58,883 nt of DNA from Candidatus Pelagibacterales bacterium. GTDB taxonomy: Bacteria > Pseudomonadota > Alphaproteobacteria > TMED109. A program made the translations under genes and the position numbers. The stretch lies in assembly GCA_002720535.1 (NCBI GenBank), contig PBIU01000009.1, positions 1-58,883 of the forward strand, written 5' to 3'. This document shows positions 29,631 to 37,400 of the stretch, in pieces. Below the pieces are notes generated by a model. It made no database searches and was not told the origin of the DNA. It saw nothing but the letters and a program-made list of their open reading frames with translations. Every line of letters starts with the position of its first letter. Within the stretch, counting starts at the first letter, position 1.

Positions 29631-29678
29631 TAATTATCTCTTAAAGAAAGAATATTATGATTTCTTTAAAGATAATTA
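29631..29678. promoter_or_regulatory. Imperfect inverted repeat (operator-like) just upstream of the first island ORF
   Basis: TAATTATCT(C)TTAAAGAAA (29631-29649) pairs with TTTCTTTAAAGATAATTA (29661-29678), 18 bp with one bulged C and an 11-nt spacer. Ends about 10 nt before the SD AGGAG of ORF 29699. Confidence 0.35.
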
Positions 29679-29698
29679 ATAACTAATAGGAGCACGCA

Positions 29699-29959
29699 AT
29701 GAAAACACTTCTTAAAGATATATCCAAAGATCAAATTATCTCTGTTGGTGATTTGAGTAAATACATAATACAAGATCGCAACAGGTCTATACAAGAATAC
29801 GTAAATGAGCAAGTTGCATTGAAACGACAAACACCCATGAAGTGTTGGTCGATGGATAACATCTTACAATTAGTTACTAATAAGTTTGGTGAAAGTGCAC
29901 ACGCTTTCGCTAGACGTTATCTCATTAAAGATATTTTTAACCTAACTGAATCTAAATAA
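29699..29959 (+). CDS. Hypothetical protein (island)
   Basis: 86 aa with a strong SD TAGGAGCACGCAATG. No recognisable family. Confidence 0.55.
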   Translation: MKTLLKDISKDQIISVGDLSKYIIQDRNRSIQEYVNEQVALKRQTPMKCWSMDNILQLVTNKFGESAHAFARRYLIKDIFNLTESK

Positions 29960-29972
29960 AGGAGAATAATCT

Positions 29973-30170
29973 ATGACTAAGAAAACACGCTTTTATATCG
30001 AATGCCCATACTCTGATAAAGACAAATGTAAAAAACTAGGTGGCTATTGGGATACATCAGCACGCAAGTGGTATGTACCTGAAGGTGTCGATACAGAACC
30101 TTTTAAAGAATGGTTCCCTGATGACATACCTTCAGAAAAAAAAAGTCTAGAAAACAGTATCTCGATGTAG
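29973..30170 (+). CDS. DUF5710-like module 1; 5' part of a gene apparently split by a frameshift
   Basis: 65 aa, SD AAGGAG. FYIECPYSDKDKCKKLGGYWDTSARKWYVPEGVDTEPFKEWFP resembles the small K.WYVP module found at N-termini of conjugative primase-type proteins (DUF5710, from memory). Confidence 0.6.
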   Translation: MTKKTRFYIECPYSDKDKCKKLGGYWDTSARKWYVPEGVDTEPFKEWFPDDIPSEKKSLENSISM

Positions 30171-30190
30171 ACTTTCGTGAATTTCGTCGA

Positions 30191-30595
30191 GTGAAAGAAC
30201 AAGGTGCTTTGTGGGATGATCATAAGAAACAATGGTTTATTACAGAGCACCATGACACTAAAGATTTTAAATGGTGGCTACCCTTCTATGTTGAAGATAG
30301 TTCAGAAGAATATGAGTTAGAAGAGCCAACCATTGAAGAACAAATAGAAGGAATAGAAGAATCTCTTAAGCTTCATGCTGAAGTAATAGTGGATATTCTT
30401 AAGGAAAAAGAAAAGGAAGATTATTATGTAGAGCAGGAAGAAACACCAAGAGAGGAGTATGCTCGAAAACTTCAGGAACTCTATGAAAGTTATGATGAGG
30501 ATATGGAGGCTTGGAGTAATACCAGTCGTTTAGATCCAGAATCTCTTGCTTTTCTAGATATGTCAGATGAGAATAGAGAGAAGATGATCAATTAG
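30191..30595 (+). CDS. DUF5710-like module 2 plus highly acidic tail; 3' part of the split gene
   Basis: The track starts at GTG 30191, but the frame is open from 30125 and encodes SRKQYLDVDFREFRRVKEQGALWDDHKKQWFITEHHDTKDFKWWLP. The module therefore begins upstream of any start codon. The C-terminal half is Glu/Asp-rich. Confidence 0.6.
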   Translation: MKEQGALWDDHKKQWFITEHHDTKDFKWWLPFYVEDSSEEYELEEPTIEEQIEGIEESLKLHAEVIVDILKEKEKEDYYVEQEETPREEYARKLQELYESYDEDMEAWSNTSRLDPESLAFLDMSDENREKMIN

Positions 30596-30611
30596 TATAA
30601 AGGAACAATTA

Positions 30612-30770
30612 ATGTATAGTAAAAAAGTTATAATTTTATGGATTATAATATTTGGAGGAATTGCTATTTTTTTAGAAACACAAAATGGATTAGTTTTTGA
30701 TATACTATTGTGGATTTTTACAATACTTTGTGGATTAAGTATTTATCAATTATACTTACGATTAAAATAA
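30612..30770 (+). CDS. Small 2-TM membrane peptide (52 aa), not in the ORF track
   Basis: Own translation: MYSKKVIILWIIIFGGIAIFLETQNGLVFDILLWIFTILCGLSIYQLYLRLK. SD AAGGAA about 7 nt upstream. Starts 17 nt after the stop of the previous ORF. Confidence 0.4.
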   Translation: MYSKKVIILWIIIFGGIAIFLETQNGLVFDILLWIFTILCGLSIYQLYLRLK

Positions 30771-30799
30771 ATAGAATAATTTCAACTAATATAATGAGA

Positions 30800-31273
30800 T
30801 TAGAAAAAACAGGGACTAATACTTACCCAATGTTTGGGTTCGCGTTTATCAATCCATGAAATAAAACATTGATAAACATCATTATTACTCAATCCACGAC
30901 TAATAAGAGAATAACTATCTAGATTATCCACATTGTTTTTTTTAAAAAAATTATATTGGTTTTTTAACCAATTTAAGTCTCTTTTTTGAAAATAAATGGT
31001 TTTTACCTTAAACTTATTTTTTACACTACGTAAACAACTAGTCTTAATTTTAGGTCTTTCAAAACCTAAAGTTCCATTAATTCTGGTAGAACTACTTAAT
31101 AGGTCTTTTGTACTAAATGTCATAGTGCTTGTAACCAAGCACTTAGCTCCACTAGAAGGAGAATCAACAAGTATTAATGCATTACTATTCCATCTAGCAA
31201 TGTTTCTATATTCTCCAAAAACTAGAGAAATATATGAGAAAAATAGAATAATAATTAAAGAGAATATTTTCAT
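30800..31273 (-). CDS. Exported hypothetical protein (4 Cys in the mature part)
   Basis: 157 aa. Signal peptide MKIFSLIIILFFSYISLVFG. No recognisable family. Confidence 0.55.
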   Translation of the reverse strand: MKIFSLIIILFFSYISLVFGEYRNIARWNSNALILVDSPSSGAKCLVTSTMTFSTKDLLSSSTRINGTLGFERPKIKTSCLRSVKNKFKVKTIYFQKRDLNWLKNQYNFFKKNNVDNLDSYSLISRGLSNNDVYQCFISWIDKREPKHWVSISPCFF

Positions 31274-31297
31274 ATTTAAATCTTTAATTAAAAATTA

Positions 31298-31477
31298 TTA
31301 TAGTATTTGAAAATAGTATAAAGGCCATATTAAACCTTGCAAAGTTGCAATGATTTCTCCAAATAACAACCATGCCATAAAACCTTTTTCAACAGCAAAA
31401 AGATAATTAAAATACAAGGCAGCAATAGCTGCACTTGCACCATATAAATATAATAAACCAATAATAATTTTTTCCAT
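31298..31477 (-). CDS. Small 2-TM membrane peptide (59 aa), not in the ORF track
   Basis: Own translation: MEKIIIGLLYLYGASAAIAALYFNYLFAVEKGFMAWLLFGEIIATLQGLIWPLYYFQIL. SD GGGGG 5 nt upstream. Sits between two same-strand ORFs. Confidence 0.4.
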   Translation of the reverse strand: MEKIIIGLLYLYGASAAIAALYFNYLFAVEKGFMAWLLFGEIIATLQGLIWPLYYFQIL

Positions 31478-31507
31478 GTAAACCCCCAGATTAAAATAAT
31501 AGTATTA

Positions 31508-31870
31508 TCAAGTTTCAGTATCTTTCCATTTTTCTAGTCTGTACTCTAAATGAGTATAAAGATCATCTCCAAGTTCCTTCCAATCTTCTTTTTTCCAATC
31601 TTTAGTGTCAACTTCTCCTTCTGATACTGCCTTGGAACCACCAAAAAATGTTTTTTTTCTATAAAATTTAGTTAAGATATCACATGGTACACAATATGAA
31701 TACCAATTGACTTCACCTGAATTAGTGCGAGAATTAGCTAATATGTGTGTTCTATTATCAAGAAACTTAATTTGGTCTTCGTAACTTAAAGAATTAAAAT
31801 TATCTACTATTTCTAATTTATTCTCTACTCCACAGCCAGGACAGTTTATAGTACCCAAATAAAAATCCAT
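31508..31870 (-). CDS. Zinc-ribbon hypothetical protein
   Basis: 120 aa. CPGC (aa 10-13) and CVPC (aa 60-63) form a four-Cys ribbon. Charged, W/K/E-rich C-terminus. Confidence 0.55.
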   Translation of the reverse strand: MDFYLGTINCPGCGVENKLEIVDNFNSLSYEDQIKFLDNRTHILANSRTNSGEVNWYSYCVPCDILTKFYRKKTFFGGSKAVSEGEVDTKDWKKEDWKELGDDLYTHLEYRLEKWKDTET

Positions 31871-32021
31871 ATTTAATTACCCCTAAATACTTCATAATAA
31901 ATGCTATCATAAAAATATAAGACCTCAAAATTTTTACATAAAATATCCATAATCTCTAAATCCTAATTTTATATCTCTTTAGTACAACTATAATTGTTAG
32001 TTGCAACGATTAACCATTAAG

Positions 32022-32079
32022 GACTTAAGAGCATGTATATAGTTGTTTATTCTTCTCCCCTAAATAATGCTCTTAAGTC
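32022..32079. repeat. Inverted repeat in the divergent intergenic region
   Basis: GACTTAAGAGCAT (32022-32034) and ATGCTCTTAAGTC (32067-32079), a 13-bp perfect stem extendable with wobbles, with a 32-nt spacer. Confidence 0.5.
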
Positions 32080-32111
32080 TTTAGCAACATTTACAACGAA
32101 AGGAACACATC

Positions 32112-32171
32112 ATGTGGTTTGAAGCCATCGCTTATTTCACTCTTGCCCTACTACAAATAAGTATTTTTTAA
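32112..32171 (+). CDS. Possible 19-aa hydrophobic leader or micro-peptide
   Basis: ATG behind AAGGAA. MWFEAIAYFTLALLQISIF. Ends 17 nt before ORF 32189. Very short, so weakly supported. Confidence 0.2.
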   Translation: MWFEAIAYFTLALLQISIF

Positions 32172-32188
32172 ATTACAAAGGACTCTCT

Positions 32189-32863
32189 ATGAAAAAATCT
32201 CTCATCTTACTTCCCTTACTTTACATATTTGCCATCGTAATATTTTTTATTCTTATGTCTCCAGCAATTAGTAAAGAGGTTGAGAATGATACAAAACAAT
32301 TAAGATCTCATAATGCAGAAGAGGATTATAGTTTTATAGAAGATCGTGTTGATGGATTATGGACTTTAGAAGATGGTATGAATAAAGGAGAATTTTTACT
32401 ATCTGTTAATGCAAAAAATACACATGCAGATAGATTGTACTTTCGTTTAATGCATGATTGCGAAACTATTAATGTATTAACAAGTTTATTAAGTATGAAA
32501 AATAATCCTAAGATTGAAAGGATTAAACAATTATATGTTAGCACACACTATTTAAAAGAATATATGCTAGTTCATGTGCCAGTAGTTAACAAACTTCCAA
32601 GTGAAGAATCAGAATATGATAATGATGCATGGATATTTTGGTTTGATTTAGGATGGTATACAGTTTCTACAATAAAAAATTGGCATAATAATATTAATGA
32701 AATCACATTCTCTATTCAACATGATGCTCTCTTTAAAGCTAATAACTATTTAGATAATACACAAAATTCTTGGAGCACCAATGGAATGATAGAAGCTATA
32801 GATAGAGCAGTAGGTGTATGTATAAAAACAAATATACGTAATCAAGAAGTGCTAAATAATTAA
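32189..32863 (+). CDS. Membrane-anchored or exported hypothetical protein
   Basis: 224 aa. N-terminal MKKSLILLPLLYIFAIVIFFILMSPAIS. No recognisable family. Confidence 0.55.
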   Translation: MKKSLILLPLLYIFAIVIFFILMSPAISKEVENDTKQLRSHNAEEDYSFIEDRVDGLWTLEDGMNKGEFLLSVNAKNTHADRLYFRLMHDCETINVLTSLLSMKNNPKIERIKQLYVSTHYLKEYMLVHVPVVNKLPSEESEYDNDAWIFWFDLGWYTVSTIKNWHNNINEITFSIQHDALFKANNYLDNTQNSWSTNGMIEAIDRAVGVCIKTNIRNQEVLNN

Positions 32864-32865
32864 AT

Positions 32866-33234
32866 ATGAAAAAATTAATTTATATAATTTCTACTATATT
32901 ATTTTTAATTAATTTAGTTTCTTGTAGTGAAGCCAAAGAAGACCATATTTGCGAAACAAAAACTTTAGGGATAGTTACAATTAAAGATGGTCTTATTAAT
33001 AATAAAGAAACTAAACACTATTATGAAGGTAGTGGTGTTTGTGCCTACTCTATACATTATTCTAAGATAAAAGATATTTATGTTTATTATTATCCTGGTG
33101 ATGAAGGATGTCATAATGGTGAATATGAACCTCCTCCTGATAACTTTGCTGGAAGAATAACTTTGACTAATAATCCTGATGAGAGATATGGTTGGATAGA
33201 TGCTATAGAACATGTCATGTGTTTTTATAAATAA
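32866..33234 (+). CDS. Lipoprotein, hypothetical
   Basis: 122 aa. Lipobox LVSC at aa 17-20 after a hydrophobic signal. 5 further Cys. Starts 2 nt after the upstream stop. Confidence 0.6.
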   Translation: MKKLIYIISTILFLINLVSCSEAKEDHICETKTLGIVTIKDGLINNKETKHYYEGSGVCAYSIHYSKIKDIYVYYYPGDEGCHNGEYEPPPDNFAGRITLTNNPDERYGWIDAIEHVMCFYK

Positions 33235-33251
33235 AATATGGGGAGTATAAG

Positions 33252-33449
33252 ATGAAGTATTTAATAATTGTAATTTTAAGTAGTTTTGTTGTTAGTCTAG
33301 CTCATGCTGATAAATATCAGATAGCAACTGCTGATAAGTATGAAGTTTGGGTGGTTAATACAAAAACTGGTCAAGTCAAGATTTGTTTTGATGCACGTAA
33401 TAAATTAGATGACCCACCAACGTGCTCAAAATGGTCTGATAAAGACTAA
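33252..33449 (+). CDS. Small exported protein (2 Cys)
   Basis: 65 aa. Signal peptide ending AHA-D. SD GGGGAG. Confidence 0.5.
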   Translation: MKYLIIVILSSFVVSLAHADKYQIATADKYEVWVVNTKTGQVKICFDARNKLDDPPTCSKWSDKD

Positions 33450-33470
33450 ATAAAATTAAATAGGAAAGTA

Positions 33471-34319
33471 ATGAAATATATCATCATAGTTTTATTCTGT
33501 TTTATGGGAGCTATAGGATTTTATCTTTATAATCAAGATACACCTGAACCTAATAATGAAGTCTCTCAAGCAGTAAAAGAAGATACACCTGAACCTAATA
33601 ATGAAGTCTCTCAAGCAGTAAAAGAAGATGGGGAGACTAGATATCAAAAAAATCATCGTATTTATTCTGAAGTCCTCAAGAAATGTTCTGATATAGAAAA
33701 CTATAAATTTAAGTCAGTTATTCATACAGGTTCAAACTTAGATCTTAACTGTTTAGAAATGGAATTAGCACCTCATAGTCAAGTAAAACCAAAGATACTA
33801 TCCACAAATGAAATAACTGGTAAGTTTGATGAAGCTTCAGTAACACTAATGGAAATAAAATCAGTCTTTGATATTTGTTCAGGAGAGTATGAGCCTTTTT
33901 GTAAAGATAATCTTATAATAGATAATGATAAATTCATTTATGTACGTACAAGTGATCAAGCAGAAACATCCCTCTTAAAAGAAAATACTTATCATCTTGT
34001 AAATAGAACGAGTACTTATAGAAGTAATTATATTTATTATGCAGATAAAAATAAATTAGTAGATCTAAGTTTTGGTGGCACTCTAGAATTTGAGGAAGAC
34101 ACTATAATAAAATATGGAGTCAAATCTTATTGGGATGGTGGAGGAGCTTTTTGGTATAATGTAAAAATAGATTATGAGGGAAACTTTATTGAACTTATTA
34201 ATGAAGAAGACTCAGACAATTGTTATCCCTTAGAAGAATTTGATCATAATAATGAAGAATTTAAGAATACTTTTAAACAGCAAGGTCTAAAAGAGTTGTG
34301 TGTTTGGGAAAATTACTAA
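33471..34319 (+). CDS. Membrane-anchored hypothetical protein with a duplicated 15-aa linker
   Basis: 282 aa. N-terminal TM helix, then DTPEPNNEVSQAVKE twice, then a Cys-containing globular part. Confidence 0.55.
   Translation: MKYIIIVLFCFMGAIGFYLYNQDTPEPNNEVSQAVKEDTPEPNNEVSQAVKEDGETRYQKNHRIYSEVLKKCSDIENYKFKSVIHTGSNLDLNCLEMELAPHSQVKPKILSTNEITGKFDEASVTLMEIKSVFDICSGEYEPFCKDNLIIDNDKFIYVRTSDQAETSLLKENTYHLVNRTSTYRSNYIYYADKNKLVDLSFGGTLEFEEDTIIKYGVKSYWDGGGAFWYNVKIDYEGNFIELINEEDSDNCYPLEEFDHNNEEFKNTFKQQGLKELCVWENY
33537..33626 (+). repeat. Perfect 45-bp tandem duplication (2 copies), in frame
   Basis: GATACACCTGAACCTAATAATGAAGTCTCTCAAGCAGTAAAAGAA at 33537-33581 and again at 33582-33626, followed by GAT. 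Confidence 0.95.
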
Positions 34320-34461
34320 ATAATTAATTCCTTTATTTAATCCTTGCTACAGATATTTATATAAATTGATATGATTATGTGCTTTATGAGGAAAAAAAAT
34401 ATCTTGAATATTTGTATTATTTCAAGTTTACTAAATGTTCCTACAATGAAAGTAAGCAGTT

Positions 34462-37400
34462 ATGCCTGATGTAGAAGATATTAATACTGATGAAGATAAA
34501 TTAAATGTAAGCAGCAAGAACAATTCAAGTTTTATTGATTCTTTAGCGAGATACTATAGTGAATTTTTATCTACAGATTTCAAAAAAGGAAGACTACCTA
34601 AAAGAAAATTTCAAATAAAAGATTCTAAAGGTAGAAGAAGCGGAATTCCATTATCAAAATATAAATCCTTTAAAACTAATTTAAGAAAAAAACTTATAAA
34701 AAATATTCAAAAAAATGATGCTTTTTCAATTAAGTTTAATGAACATAAATCAAAATTATCTATTGTTACTGAAAATGCTATAGAAGGTGCGATTAAAAAT
34801 ATCAGCACTAAAAATTTCGATACTAAAAATACACAATTAATAGAGAAATTTACAATAGATATAAACAAGAAAAATGCAGATATCGAAAAACTAATGAATA
34901 CATTTATTGAAGCTCTTCAAAATAATTTAAGTTTAGATATTCTAGCACCCCTTATAGAATTACTTGAACCTACTTTTAAAAAAACTGAACAAGATCTAAT
35001 TGATAGACTAATAAGTGTAGATAGCGAAATAACAAATTTATTCATAGAAAAAATTACTGAAGATTTACCTAGTGCAATACCAAAGATTATTACAGATAAT
35101 GACCCATCATTAATAGAACAAATTATAGATGAAAATTTTAATGAAAATTACATTAAAAAAAATTTAAAAGATTTTTTTAATGATTTTTCTGCTAATGACC
35201 TTTATTCCGAAATGCGTGAATTACAAACTGTTGAAAAATTAGATGATAACTTAGAATTTTATCTATATCTTGGGGAAATAAAGTTTAACTCTAATACATT
35301 TCCAATTTTTTATATTCCAATGGAGGTTGCTAATACTAAAGATAAAAAAACTATTTTAGAGTGTAAGTTAGATTCTAGGATATTAATAAATAAAAAAGCT
35401 ATAGATTTTATTGCAAGAGAAATTCAAGAAACAACTAAAACAAAAAGTGCTTCACCAATAAAAGAAAGAATAGTCTATTTAGATGCAGAAGATGTGATAT
35501 TTGAAAAAATAGACGCTATACTTCAAGAAATTTTAGCTTCTTTTAGCTTAAACGGTTATCAGTCTTTTGAAAATGAAACTAAAGAATTAAAAAATTCTAC
35601 AGCAACTATAAACACATCACTTTCAATATCATTATTTGATAAATCAGATGAATCAATGTTATCTGATTATGAAGAATTATTAGATAAAATTTTAAGAACT
35701 TCAGATGAATCTCCTCTTTTCAATTTTTTAACAAGTTTAATTGAAAGTTTTATTCACAAGAATCCTACTGATATTAGCGAAGGAATTTTAGACGAATGGG
35801 ATGAAACAAATATTACAGAACGTTTAGTATTTGACACTCCTCTACCTCTAGCTGAAGAGCAAAGAAAAATTCTTTTAGCACTTAATAATGAAAAATCTAA
35901 ATTTATAACAGTTGAAGGACCTCCCGGAACTGGAAAATCTCATACAATATCTGCAATAGCTTTCGAAGCTATTCTAAAAGGTAAAAAGATTTTAGTTCTA
36001 TCAGATAAAAAAGAAGCTTTAGATGTTGTACAAAATAAAATAAATGAAACTTTATCAAGAGTTAGACCAACAGATGACTTTATAAACCCTATATTAAGAT
36101 TAGGGAGAGCAGGTTCTAACTTTAGAAAATTAACTACAGGAAGAGCAATAGAAAACTTAAATATACAACACAGAGAATTTAAAAAACAAAGTCAGAAAAG
36201 AGAAAATCTATATAAAAATGCCGTTGATAACCTTAAGAGTAAAATATCTAACCATATAAAATATGCAAAAGACATAGATATGTCTAAAGTGACTAATTAT
36301 GAGTTAGATAGATTAGAATTTTTTAATGAATTTGATGATTATAAAAATTTAGAAAATGTCTTTGAAAATAATGATAATTTATATACGGACGCAATTGAAA
36401 ATTTAAAACACCTGGCAAATGTAAGAAATAAACTAAAAAAATATACTAAAAATTTTACAAAATTATTTCATAAGTTTGATAAAAATAAATTAGAATTTCT
36501 AAATTTTATGATATTTATTTCAGACTGTAAAAATACTAATACTAATAATTTTAATAATTTAGCGACCAAAGTAAATTCATCAAATTATAGTGATATTTTA
36601 AATTTCTCTAATAAGATAACCTTAAGTAAGGGAATGTTTGGATATTTTTTTTCAGGTACAAAAATTCAACTTATAAAAAATGATTTAAAAAATACACTCG
36701 GTATTAATTTTAATGGAACGCCTCAAAGTCTTATTCAAGAATTAGAAAAGATATATAATGATGCCAATTCTTTTTTTGCGAATTTAGAAAATAAAGGATG
36801 GAAAGATAAATTATTTTTATATCGAGAAATATTAGAACTAGATATTGACCTTAAAGAATTAGAAGAAGTAATTAAAACTTATAAACTTATTAATTCAAAA
36901 GATATAATTTATATTAAAGACCCATCTGAAATTATAGATATACTATGTGAAAATGATAGTGACAGTGGGTTATTTTTAGAAAGATTTCTAGAACTTCAAA
37001 ATACAAGAGATGAAATTTCTAAATCATTTTATTTTGATGATTATAATTATTTAGCTAGAAAACAAGAGCTTGAAAATTATAATGCTTTGAAATTAGCTAC
37101 AGAAATTGACTCTAGAGTAATTGACTTTGCACAAAATAAAAAAAATGATGCTAAAACTTTAAGTGATATTATAAGAAAAAAATTAAAATTTCCTAAAGAA
37201 AAATTTTCAATTTTATCACAAGCTTTCCCGTGTATGATTTGTTCATTAAGAGACTACGCAGAATATATCCCACTAGAAAAAGAACTTTTTGATATTATTA
37301 TTATCGATGAAGCATCACAAGTATCTATCGCCCAAGCATTGCCCGCAATAATTAGATCTAAGAAAATGGTAGTTATGGGCGATAGAAAGCAGTTTGGGAA

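Noticed and set aside
29005-29698. Searched for an integrase or excisionase gene, or a pseudogene of one, next to the tRNA.
   Set aside because: Every frame on both strands is closed. The longest open stretch I could translate (minus strand, about 29170-29330, ...IFTGVRCTLREGIISTDKDNMRRFYNFPRWCTKMEYPWNL) has no start codon for most of its length and no tyrosine-recombinase box (HxxR...Y). I cannot support an integrase remnant.
33537-33626. Considered whether the 45-bp perfect repeat is a CRISPR or other array.
   Set aside because: There are only two directly abutting copies with no spacers. They lie in frame inside a coding sequence and no cas genes are present. It is a coding tandem duplication.
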